Positions 37,255-45,573 of a DNA stretch of 64,000 bases are shown here, piece after piece. The stretch is from Lachnospiraceae bacterium. GTDB lineage: Bacteria; Bacillota; Clostridia; Lachnospirales; Lachnospiraceae. Location of the stretch: positions 26,422 to 90,421 of the forward strand of contig JAILRP010000082.1 of assembly GCA_024698075.1 (NCBI GenBank), written 5' to 3'. The notes beneath the pieces were generated by a model, which had not been told where the DNA came from, did no database searches, and was given only the letters and a program-made list of their open reading frames with translations. A program made the translations under genes and the position numbers. Every line of letters begins with the position of its first letter. Within the stretch, counting starts at the first letter, position 1.

Positions 37255-38168
37255 CCTGCCGACCCCGCAAAGCTGCCGGCGGTATGCCTGACGGTATCCT
37301 CCAGGTCATGCAGGAGATACGGCCCTATGGCGTTCTCAAGCTTCTTCGTATCGGCCGTATAGTCCCAGTCATCATACGGATCGTTCTTATCCGCATGTTC
37401 TATGACTGAAGTGCTTCCCGTGACCCTTCTGCACAGTTCCGCGACCTCGTTGTTGGAATACGTCCTGTCCGACGCAAGGTTATAAATGCCGTTTTCGATA
37501 TGCTCGGCCACCGCAGCGCCTGACACGGCACATGCGATATCCCTTACATCTATATAATTCTGGCGGCGTGTGCCCTTTCCGTATATGACGAGAGGTTCAT
37601 TTGCGAGTGCCCTTTTTATCATGACGGAAAGTATCGTCTTCTCCGGCATTCCCACACCGACCGGGGACGGAACTCGCAACGTGACATATCCGATGCCGTA
37701 TCTTTCGGCCTGCTTTACGATCATTTCTCCGGCAGCCTTTGATGCGTGGTAGATGCTTAAAGGGGCCGGCGGTGTATCCGCCGTAATGACTCCGTTAGGC
37801 TTTCCTATGACGGGAAGCGACGAAATGTACACTATCCGCTTTACCTTCTTTGAAACGGCCAGGTTAAATACGTTATAAGTTCCGACGCAGTTCGTCATGA
37901 CTGCTTCCGGCGACATGTCGTCCATGCTGAGCGATGCGGCCGCATGCACTATTACATCTATTTCAGTCCCGTCAAGTTCTGCCGGGATCTCTTCCGTTAT
38001 GTCCCATTTAAGCCCGCGGGTGCCGTCTGCTGCAGTGCCGGATCTTGATGCCGCGATGACTTCATGTTCGCTTTTCAGTTTCGATGCTATGGCGCTTCCG
38101 ATAAAGCCGGATGCACCCGTTACCAGAATGTTCAATACGCTACTCCCTGATAATGATCTTCTCGACAA
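37251..38168 (-). CDS. NAD-dependent epimerase/dehydratase (extended SDR)
   Basis: 305 aa with the Rossmann motif VTGASGFIGS and catalytic YHASK. Confidence 0.82.
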   Translation of the reverse strand: MSRRSLSGSSVLNILVTGASGFIGSAIASKLKSEHEVIAASRSGTAADGTRGLKWDITEEIPAELDGTEIDVIVHAAASLSMDDMSPEAVMTNCVGTYNVFNLAVSKKVKRIVYISSLPVIGKPNGVITADTPPAPLSIYHASKAAGEMIVKQAERYGIGYVTLRVPSPVGVGMPEKTILSVMIKRALANEPLVIYGKGTRRQNYIDVRDIACAVSGAAVAEHIENGIYNLASDRTYSNNEVAELCRRVTGSTSVIEHADKNDPYDDWDYTADTKKLENAIGPYLLHDLEDTVRHTAGSFAGSAG

Positions 38169-39072
38169 GTTCCTTCATTGCGGTCATCTTTTTATATCTG
38201 CCGGCATACCTTTCCGGAGTTATCCCATCGGCAAGATCAAGCCACCACAGGACGTCATCGAATCCCGCCAGATGCCGGAAACCCACGGATCCGCTTATCC
38301 TCGGATTGATCTCAAATACCGTAGGAACGCCGTTCTTTTTTCTGAGCTGAACGTTTAAGTATCCCCTGAGGCCGAAATGCCGTGCGATCTTTTCGGCGGC
38401 ATCTGTCATGGCATCATCGGTGCAAAGCTCAACAAAATCCGTGTAGCCGTGCTTAAGAGTGCGGTTGAATATAACCGTGCTGACTGCATCCCCGTCGGAA
38501 AATACGCCCACGGTATACTCTTCATCCTCTGCGTCAATGTATTCCTGGATGATGACATCACCCGCACCTTCCGGGCAGGAGATATCATCCTTTGACTTTA
38601 CAAGCTCGAGGAACTTCGAGCCGCACGAGCTCCTAAGCTTCGCGATGTACTGCCTTCCGTCAGGGACAAACCCATCATAAAGATATGTATCCGGCACGCT
38701 TATCCCTATTTCCGAAAGCGCGCGCGCAGTCTCATATTTGTCGAGAAAAGTGTCAATGATCTTCGGACTGTTAATGATAAGCCTTATTCCGAGGGCTTCA
38801 AACTCATCCCTGTTATCCGACAGGACTTTGAGCTCGGACTCGTTTCCGGGGATAATGTGCGTTATCTCCCACATTCGACACAGCCCGAGCAGAACGCCGG
38901 TATATCCGGGATCTCTCGCAGGGCATATCTTTTTCCATTCAATGACTTTGTCCATCCCGACAGGATAGTCGTAGATATCAGTGCCGTATGCCGTTATATG
39001 ATTTTCGCCAAGTATGCGCAGTATCCCGTTTGCAAGGTCACCGCTTATGGCCGTAACCAGTACTCTTCTCAT
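38140..39072 (-). CDS. ATP-grasp domain protein
   Basis: 310 aa. The ATP-grasp pattern is YIAKLRSSCGSK...VIIQEYI...TVFEINPRISGS. Confidence 0.75.
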   Translation of the reverse strand: MRRVLVTAISGDLANGILRILGENHITAYGTDIYDYPVGMDKVIEWKKICPARDPGYTGVLLGLCRMWEITHIIPGNESELKVLSDNRDEFEALGIRLIINSPKIIDTFLDKYETARALSEIGISVPDTYLYDGFVPDGRQYIAKLRSSCGSKFLELVKSKDDISCPEGAGDVIIQEYIDAEDEEYTVGVFSDGDAVSTVIFNRTLKHGYTDFVELCTDDAMTDAAEKIARHFGLRGYLNVQLRKKNGVPTVFEINPRISGSVGFRHLAGFDDVLWWLDLADGITPERYAGRYKKMTAMKELVEKIIIRE

Positions 39073-39076
39073 ATCT

Positions 39077-40000
39077 TCACTCTTTTACGTACACGCACTC
39101 CCATCCGCCGACATAGGGCCACCCGTGGAAAAGATGCCACGGCGCCTTCATGATATGGGATGCGGCGGCTACGCCAAAATCGGACTTAAGCGTCTTCTCC
39201 ACGATCGAAGGTCTTGAAAGCACGCATTTTAAGCCTTCACCGATCCCAGGAATGCCGGGCAGGCCTTCCCAGAATTCCTTTCCCATGTCCCAGATGTGGT
39301 CCGGCCATTCCATATCCATGTTCACGCCGAAACGCCTCATGAGCGAATAGAGCGGATACATGTATGGTGTCCGGAAATATACCGATCCTGATTTTTTCAG
39401 GTGTGCGAACAATATCCTGAACGCCTCTCCCGGGTTGTCAAGATGCTCCATGACCGCGGAAGCGATGATGATGTCATACATCCTTCCGTCCTCAAGTGAG
39501 CTTATGGGAAACGTTTTCCTAAAGCGCATCCTGCCGCTGTCGGGGCAGATATTGTCGCCGTAGTCAACGACGTCGATCTCAATGTCTGCGTCAATGCCGC
39601 TGTTTAAATGATTTTCCGCGAAGGCCTTTGCAAGCGAGCCGTCGCCCCCGCCAAAATCAAGTATCCGGATGGTGCCTGCATCACGGCTTACCGGCAGGAT
39701 GGCATACAGATGCTTCGCAAACCTGTCCTCGCCGGAGAAGGTGTACTGGCCGCCTTCGGCATCGCCCCAGTAGTCGTAATTTTCATATATCTTCTTCTGT
39801 ATCTCGGCGGTCGGGACAAGGTTATAAGTTATGGCATTGCACCTTCGGCACCTTATAAAATACAGGTCCTTATTGTCCGCGGACGGGAGCATGCGCTCAA
39901 AATATGTTCCGCCGCATACATTGCATTTTTCGGTCTTTGCAAACCCTTCCACCCCGAAGAGTTCACCCATTTTCTTTCTGTGATGGGCGCTGAATCTCAT
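39077..40000 (-). CDS. Class I SAM-dependent methyltransferase with an N-terminal zinc-ribbon
   Basis: 307 aa. The zinc ribbon is CNVCGG...CRRCNA. The SAM motif I is ILDFGGGDGS, followed by IIASAVMEHL. Confidence 0.78.
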   Translation of the reverse strand: MRFSAHHRKKMGELFGVEGFAKTEKCNVCGGTYFERMLPSADNKDLYFIRCRRCNAITYNLVPTAEIQKKIYENYDYWGDAEGGQYTFSGEDRFAKHLYAILPVSRDAGTIRILDFGGGDGSLAKAFAENHLNSGIDADIEIDVVDYGDNICPDSGRMRFRKTFPISSLEDGRMYDIIIASAVMEHLDNPGEAFRILFAHLKKSGSVYFRTPYMYPLYSLMRRFGVNMDMEWPDHIWDMGKEFWEGLPGIPGIGEGLKCVLSRPSIVEKTLKSDFGVAAASHIMKAPWHLFHGWPYVGGWECVYVKE

Positions 40001-40953
40001 CCGTCTTCCTCCTCAACGTTTACTGTCTCCCTGACGACATACTGGGGAGATTCATTGATGCATATAAAGATCCTTCCAACATACTCTCCGATCACTCCGA
40101 GCAGGAGCATTATCATTCCGCTCGAAAAGAGAGTTACCGCCATCATTGAGCTCCAGCCCATGGGGATGTCGGGATATATCAGTTTCCTTATGATGATGAA
40201 CAGCCCGAACGCGAAGCCGAACACGGCAAAGAGCGTTCCGACGATGAGTGCGAACCGAAGCGGCTTGACGGAGAAGTTCGTGAAACCGTTTGCAAACAGG
40301 GAAAGCGATTTCCAGAACGTAAACCCGGTCGCGTTGTCATCACCGCGGTCCCTCTGGTCCATCTTTACCGAGATTATCCTCTTGGTCACCCTAAGGTACA
40401 GGCCTTCGAGAAACGGAAAGGGATTTTTGTACCTGATGACCTCATCCATGACGAATCTCTTGATAATGCTGAAGTTCTCAAACCGGAGGCCCTTGGGCTT
40501 ATCGAGCATCATCTCGGCGATCACCCTGTTGGCCGAACTTCCGAGGCGCTTCCATGCAGATTCCTTCTTCGTTATGTACTCGGCCGTCGCGACATCGCAC
40601 TTATCGGCCTCTAAGAGTTCGAGCAGATCCCAGAGCCTGTTCACGGGGCTCTGGCAGTCATCATCGAGGTTTACGACATAATCGCCTGTCACATATGAAT
40701 ATCCCGCCATGACCGCGGAATGTTTTCCCATGTTCTTGGCAAGGCTTATGACCTTTATCTTCTTATCTTCCGCCGCAAGCGCTTTCAGCACATCGAAAAC
40801 GCCGTCGGGAGAACAGTCATTGACCGCGATTATCTCATAGTCATATCCGCTCCTTCCGGCAACTGTCTCCTTTATCTCCCCGATCACTTTTCCGATCGTT
40901 TTCTCGCTCCGGTAGCACGGTATGACAAAGCTCAGAAGCGTCTTATTTTCCAT
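39997..40953 (-). CDS. GT2 polyprenyl-phosphate glycosyltransferase (ArnC/GtrB/CsbB-like)
   Basis: 318 aa. LSFVIPCYRSE, VNDCSPDG and NLDDDCQ (DxD), plus two C-terminal TM helices and GEYVGRI, which are characteristic of the ArnC/GtrB subgroup. Confidence 0.85.
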   Translation of the reverse strand: MENKTLLSFVIPCYRSEKTIGKVIGEIKETVAGRSGYDYEIIAVNDCSPDGVFDVLKALAAEDKKIKVISLAKNMGKHSAVMAGYSYVTGDYVVNLDDDCQSPVNRLWDLLELLEADKCDVATAEYITKKESAWKRLGSSANRVIAEMMLDKPKGLRFENFSIIKRFVMDEVIRYKNPFPFLEGLYLRVTKRIISVKMDQRDRGDDNATGFTFWKSLSLFANGFTNFSVKPLRFALIVGTLFAVFGFAFGLFIIIRKLIYPDIPMGWSSMMAVTLFSSGMIMLLLGVIGEYVGRIFICINESPQYVVRETVNVEEEDG

Positions 40954-40987
40954 ATTTCGCGGTCCCCTGTGTCTTTCTGTGAATGGT

Positions 40988-42121
40988 TTACGAATAAAAT
41001 GATCTTACGGCTTCTATGACGGCACCTGCATCGTCATCATTCATGCCGTAATAGAGCGGAAGCCTGACCAGCCTGCTGCTCTCTGCGGTCGTATATATGT
41101 CATATCCCGCAAAGCGGCCATATTTTCGCCCCGCAGGGGCTGAATGAAGCGGCACATAGTGGAACACGGCAAGTATGTCATGCTCCTTCATATGGTTTAT
41201 GAACCTGGTCCTCTCATCAAGATCCTTTGTCTTGATATAGAACATGTGCGCATTGTGGGTGCATCCTTCGGGGATCACAGGCAGGCTTATACTGCCGCTT
41301 TCCTCAAGGTCCGAAAGCTCATCCTTATATCTGTTCCACGTCCTCATCCTGTCTTCGAATATCTCATCCGCCTTTTCAAGCTGTGCGAACAGGTAAGCGG
41401 CATTGAGTTCGCTCGGAAGGTATGACGAACCGGCCTCAACCCAGGTATACTTGTCGATCTCGCCCCTGAAGAACTTGCTGCGGTTCGTTCCTTTTTCGCG
41501 GATGATCTCGGCAGGCTCGATCATATCCTCATTCTTTATGACAAGCGCTCCGCCCTCACCCATGGAATAGTTTTTCGTCTCATGGAAGCTGTAGCATCCG
41601 TAATCGCCTATCGTTCCGAGATACTTCCCCTTATATGTGCTGAGTACTGCCTGGGCCGCATCTTCTATGACCGCAAGGTTGTGCCGCCTTGCAATGTCAT
41701 TTATCGTATCCATCTCACAGGCAACGCCCGCGTAATGAACGACGACTATGGCCTTTGTCCTGGGCGTTATTGCCTGTTCGATGAGCTTCTCGTCGATGTT
41801 CATCGTGTCCGGGCGTATATCCACGAACACCGGCACCGCGCCGCGCAGCACAAACGCATCTGCGGTCGAGACGAACGTGTATGACGGCATTATCACTTCA
41901 TCGCCTTCACGTATTCCCGACAGGATAGCCGCCATTTCCGTCGCATGGGTGCATGATGTCGTAAGCAGTATCTTACGGGCTCCAAGGTGCTCCCCGAGCC
42001 ATCCGCTGCAAAGCCCTGTGTACTTTCCGTCACCGCTTATCTTGCGTCCTTTGATGGCATCCTCTATATAATTGATCTCATTCCCCACACACGGGGGCAC
42101 ATTAAACGGTATCATGATCAC
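40988..42121 (-). CDS. DegT/DnrJ/EryC1-family sugar aminotransferase, WecE-like (dTDP-4-amino-4,6-dideoxyhexose type)
   Basis: 377 aa. IPFNVPPCVGNEINYI...SCTHATEMA...YSFHETKNYSMGEGGAL (PLP-Lys context) resembles WecE/RffA along the whole length. Confidence 0.82.
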   Translation of the reverse strand: MIMIPFNVPPCVGNEINYIEDAIKGRKISGDGKYTGLCSGWLGEHLGARKILLTTSCTHATEMAAILSGIREGDEVIMPSYTFVSTADAFVLRGAVPVFVDIRPDTMNIDEKLIEQAITPRTKAIVVVHYAGVACEMDTINDIARRHNLAVIEDAAQAVLSTYKGKYLGTIGDYGCYSFHETKNYSMGEGGALVIKNEDMIEPAEIIREKGTNRSKFFRGEIDKYTWVEAGSSYLPSELNAAYLFAQLEKADEIFEDRMRTWNRYKDELSDLEESGSISLPVIPEGCTHNAHMFYIKTKDLDERTRFINHMKEHDILAVFHYVPLHSAPAGRKYGRFAGYDIYTTAESSRLVRLPLYYGMNDDDAGAVIEAVRSFYS

Positions 42122-42129
42122 TTATTATA

Positions 42130-43140
42130 TCATAACCGCGCTGATCTGGTCATATTGACTGTATGCGGACATCTGTATCCTATCTGTTCAAGTATCGTAT
42201 CAAGCAGTTTTGCATTCCTGACCGAAAATTCCGGAGTGACATGCTGCTTCTCTCCATTTTCGATGCATCTGCCCAGCTGTTCCACCTCAAGCATATAGTT
42301 ATGGCCTGCCGTGACCTTTTTCTCTGTTCTTATGCCATCAGATACGACTGTATAGCTGAGCTCTCCGGACTCGTTGTACTCAACCTTTGATTCAATGAAC
42401 CCTTTTGAGCCGTGTATATACAGCCTGTCCCACCTTGCGTCGGACCCGGGTTCAAATATCATTCCTACATTAAATGCCGCCCTGACCCCGTTTTTGAACT
42501 TCATCATCACGGCAGTAAATGCATCAGCCCCATACTCATTGAACTCAGCCCTGCCCATGACGAGATCGGGCTCAGAGCCGATCAGTGACAATATCATCGT
42601 CGTGCAGTAGCACCCGAGATCGAATACCGCGCCGCCACCCATTTCCTTATACAGACGTATGTCATCCGTATAACCCTGGGTAAGGAATGCGGTTTCCACA
42701 TAGTCAACGTCACCTATGCTCCCGTCCTTTATTTCTTTTTTCAGTGCTTCGATATACGGTGTATGAAGATATGCGTAAGCCTCCATCAGGATGACTCCGT
42801 TTTCCTTTGCAGCCTCAAACATCTCGGCTGCATCTTCCGCATTGAGCGCGAGCGGTTTTTCGCAAAGAACATGCTTTCCGGCCCTGAGTGCTCTTAGCAC
42901 CCATTCCTTATGAAGATGGTTTGGAAGCGGTATGTAAACGGCCCGGACATCAGGATCCTCAAGCAGCTTTTCGTATCCGACATAGGACTTAGCGAACCCG
43001 AATTCTTCCTTATAGGCCTTAACCTTGTCTTCATTCCTTCCCGCTATTGCATAAAGCTCGCAGTTATCTGCCTTCTTCATCCCCGGGATTGTACAGCCCT
43101 TTGCTATGTTTGCAGTTCCAAGAACACCCCATTTTACCAT
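42130..43140 (-). CDS. Gfo/Idh/MocA family oxidoreductase
   Basis: 336 aa. The N-terminal Rossmann motif is WGVLGTANIA, followed by the EKP motif (VLCEKPLA). Confidence 0.85.
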   Translation of the reverse strand: MVKWGVLGTANIAKGCTIPGMKKADNCELYAIAGRNEDKVKAYKEEFGFAKSYVGYEKLLEDPDVRAVYIPLPNHLHKEWVLRALRAGKHVLCEKPLALNAEDAAEMFEAAKENGVILMEAYAYLHTPYIEALKKEIKDGSIGDVDYVETAFLTQGYTDDIRLYKEMGGGAVFDLGCYCTTMILSLIGSEPDLVMGRAEFNEYGADAFTAVMMKFKNGVRAAFNVGMIFEPGSDARWDRLYIHGSKGFIESKVEYNESGELSYTVVSDGIRTEKKVTAGHNYMLEVEQLGRCIENGEKQHVTPEFSVRNAKLLDTILEQIGYRCPHTVNMTRSARL

Positions 43141-43237
43141 TCGCCATCCTCCTGTTTCTTATGTGTGCATGCCGGTCTTTCTTCTCTTATACATTTTTAT
43201 TCATTTTGACCGATTTGGCAATCGTGACAGATATATG

Positions 43238-43285
43238 AAAAAAAATTAACCCCGAAAATCTTGGAAGCCTTGATTTTTCGGGGTT
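43238..43285 (-). terminator. Rho-independent terminator of the tRNA-Val/tRNA-Met transcript
   Basis: On the minus strand, AACCCCGAAAA (43285-43275) pairs with TTTTCGGGGTT (43258-43248), followed by AATTTTTTTT. Confidence 0.8.
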
Positions 43286-43293
43286 TTGATCAG

Positions 43294-43367
43294 TAGCGAG
43301 GGAGAGACTTGAACTCTCAACCTCCCGGGTATGAACCGGACGCTCTAGCCAGTTGAGCCACCTCGCC
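43294..43367 (-). tRNA. tRNA-Met (CAU), elongator type
   Basis: Cloverleaf: GGCGAGG / D GCTC-GAGC / anticodon stem TCCGG-CCGGG with loop TTCATAC / T GAGAG-TTCAAGT-CTCTC / CCTCGCT-A. The G1-U72 pair and the GGCTAGAGCG...GGTTCATACCC core resemble Bacillus elongator tRNA-Met. I cannot formally exclude a lysidine-modified tRNA-Ile2. Confidence 0.85.
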
Positions 43368-43537
43368 ATATGGAGATAGAAGGGGCCCGACCGCGAAGCG
43401 GATCGGGAAGAGGTCTGTCTCCACCGCGAGCGCCCCTCAGCATTTGCGAAGCTAATGTTGATAAGTCGTGATCAGGTGATCACGACGCAATGCGCGAGCA
43501 GTCCGACCGTATTGCCTCAAATCCTCTATTCCTTAAA

Positions 43538-43610
43538 TGGGACCTATAGGGCTCGAACCTATGACCCTCTGCTTGTAAGGCAGATGCTCTCCCAGCTGAG
43601 CTAAGATCCC
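43538..43610 (-). tRNA. tRNA-Val (UAC)
   Basis: Cloverleaf: GGGATCT / GCTC-AGCTGGGA-GAGC / TCTGC-CTTACAA-GCAGA / ATAGG-TTCGAGC-CCTAT / AGGTCCC-A. Confidence 0.9.
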
Positions 43611-43633
43611 CCGTTCTTTGCAGAACATTTGAA

Positions 43634-43662
43634 ATTATATAGGACGGTGTCCATATTGTCAA
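43634..43662 (-). promoter_or_regulatory. Consensus sigma-A promoter for the tRNA-Val...tRNA-Met unit
   Basis: On the minus strand, TTGACA (43662-43657), a 17-nt spacer, then TATAAT (43639-43634). The tRNA-Val 5' end is at 43610. Confidence 0.75.
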
Positions 43663-43670
43663 GGACAAAA

Positions 43671-44852
43671 TCAGTGGTGGAACAGGCGCACTCCGTTGCA
43701 TACCATGACCATTTTGTACTCATCGCATGCCTCTATGACAAGGTCGTCCCTTACAGAGCCGCCGGGCTGTACGATGTATGAAACCCCGCTCTTCGCACCG
43801 CGGTCTATGCTATCGCGGAACGGGAAGAAAGCATCCGAACCGAGCGATATGCCGGAAGCTCTGTCAAGCCATTCCCTCTTCTCCTCTGAGGTATATACAT
43901 CCGGTCTTGTCCTGAAATACTTCTGCCACACATTGTCGCCGATCACATCCATATATGTGTCGCCGATATAATTGTCTATCGCATTATCCCTGTCAGCACG
44001 TCCTATTCCTTCGGCAAAATCAAGTTCCATAACCCTCGGGCTCTGACGCAGCAGCCAGTTGTCAGCCTTCTGTCCCGCCAGGCGCACGCAGTGGACTCTC
44101 GACTGCTGGCCGGCTCCGATGCCTATGGCCTGGCCGTCCTTAACATAGCAGACGGAATTGGACTGGGTGTACTTGAGCGTGATGAGCGATATCAGAAGAT
44201 CATGCTTTGCGTCTTCGGGAAGATCCTTATTTTTCGTAACTATGTTTTCAAGGAGCGATGCGTCTATCGTGATGTCATTCCGTCCCTGTTCAAAAGTCAC
44301 TCCGAACACTTCCTTATGTTCAACGGGAGCGGGCTTATATGAACTGTCTATCTGTATGACGGCATAATTGCCCTTCTTTTTGGCTGAGAGTATCTCGAGC
44401 GCTTCCGGCTCGTATCCGGGTGCTATGATACCGTCCGATACTTCCCTTTTCAGCATCATTGCCGTAGGAACATCACATACATCGGAAAGGGCCACGAAAT
44501 CGCCAAATGACGACATCCTGTCGGCGCCCCTTGCGCGGGCATATGCGCAGGCAATGGGTGACAGTTCTCCAAGGTCATCAACGAAATATATCTTTTTCAG
44601 CGTATCCGAAAGGGGCTTGCCGATCGCGGCACCTGCAGGGCTCACATGCTTGAATGAAGTGGCGGCGGGATAACCTGTTGCAGCCTTAAGCTCGGAAACA
44701 AGCTGCCAGCCGTTAAAAGCGTCGAGAAGGTTGATGTATCCCGGACGTCCGTTAAGTACCGTTATGGGAAGATCGCTCCCGTCGGATACGTATATCCTTG
44801 CGGGTTTCTGGTTCGGATTGCATCCGTATTTAAGCTCAAGCTCTTTCATCAT
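43671..44852 (-). CDS. purH: AICAR transformylase domain protein (PurH-like, lacking the MGS-type IMP cyclohydrolase domain)
   Basis: About 393 aa from MMKELELKYGCNPNQ...SFKHVSPAGAA...GAGQQSRV...QPGGSVRD. These are AICARFT signatures. The start is placed at the ATG overlapping the purO stop. Confidence 0.85.
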   Translation of the reverse strand: MMKELELKYGCNPNQKPARIYVSDGSDLPITVLNGRPGYINLLDAFNGWQLVSELKAATGYPAATSFKHVSPAGAAIGKPLSDTLKKIYFVDDLGELSPIACAYARARGADRMSSFGDFVALSDVCDVPTAMMLKREVSDGIIAPGYEPEALEILSAKKKGNYAVIQIDSSYKPAPVEHKEVFGVTFEQGRNDITIDASLLENIVTKNKDLPEDAKHDLLISLITLKYTQSNSVCYVKDGQAIGIGAGQQSRVHCVRLAGQKADNWLLRQSPRVMELDFAEGIGRADRDNAIDNYIGDTYMDVIGDNVWQKYFRTRPDVYTSEEKREWLDRASGISLGSDAFFPFRDSIDRGAKSGVSYIVQPGGSVRDDLVIEACDEYKMVMVCNGVRLFHH

Positions 44853-45573
44853 TTTTCTCCAGTTTGTTGAATATCTTTGTCTTCGCTTCTCCGGTGGAAA
44901 GATCGGTGAAACGGACAAAAAGCGATACCTTGTTATCAAGGTTCAGGCTCTCCCAGAGCCTGTTGGAAAATGACTCGAAATCTCCCTCGATCCCGACGAA
45001 TTTAGGCTCACCCTCAAATGAAGGAAGCGGATTGCCGTCCCTCATGTATGTGTGGATAAAATGCCCCTCTCCGGCAAGAGGACTGTCATATGAGAACGTA
45101 TAGCGCAGGCACTGTTCCGGATTGCCGTTGTCACTCTTTAATATCGAAAGCTCATAGGAGAACTTCCCATTCTTAACATCCATGATGCCCGATATCCTCG
45201 GCGTATAATTGGGCGCGTCCGGTTCGAACTCGCGGGACCTTAATGCCTGCTCAAAAGTCAGGCCGTCCTTCAGCCCGTCATATACCGTGTCGGTCTGGTC
45301 ACCATTGGTTATGACCGTCGTGCTGCCGAGCACCCTTACAGGCGAATAGATGATGAGCGAAGGATCCTCAACCGCTGCCTCGTCAAAGGCTTTTGTGCGT
45401 ATTCCGTCTCCGTCTTCCACAAATACCCTGTTCCTGGAATTGGCACTCCTTCCCATAATAAAATATGCCGAAACGGCATATTTTCCGTCCGAAGACCTTC
45501 CTATGACGATACCCCTTCCGGGATATGAATTTAAATCGAGTTCCTTAAACAGATTGATCTTCTCCATAGTCAT
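44836..45573 (-). CDS. purO: IMP cyclohydrolase, PurO (archaeal-type) family
   Basis: 245 aa. NSYPGRGIVIGRSSDGKYAVSAYFIMGRSANSRNR is typical of the PurO-type IMP cyclohydrolase family. The ATG overlaps the upstream stop (ATGA) and the RBS is GAGGGAGG. Confidence 0.8.
   Translation of the reverse strand: MTMEKINLFKELDLNSYPGRGIVIGRSSDGKYAVSAYFIMGRSANSRNRVFVEDGDGIRTKAFDEAAVEDPSLIIYSPVRVLGSTTVITNGDQTDTVYDGLKDGLTFEQALRSREFEPDAPNYTPRISGIMDVKNGKFSYELSILKSDNGNPEQCLRYTFSYDSPLAGEGHFIHTYMRDGNPLPSFEGEPKFVGIEGDFESFSNRLWESLNLDNKVSLFVRFTDLSTGEAKTKIFNKLEKNDERA

Noticed and set aside
39608-40681. A 357-aa plus-strand ORF, together with similar long antisense ORFs at 59576-60511, 61160-61942, 5077-5880, 2886-3719, 20681-21334, 22661-23320 and 51366-52025.
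   Set aside because: Each lies entirely opposite a minus- or plus-strand gene with unmistakable family signatures (GT2, rfbF, GT8/manC, hydrolase, argG, lon, clpX, guaB). Their translations are low-complexity, rich in Ser, Pro, Arg and Leu, with no motifs or RBS. They are shadow ORFs of the kind expected in a moderately GC-rich coding region.
43187-43701. ORFs 43187-43369 and 43480-43701 in the tRNA region.
   Set aside because: They run through tRNA-Met, tRNA-Val and the terminator hairpin, have no RBS, and their sequences reflect the tRNA genes. I treated the region as non-coding.
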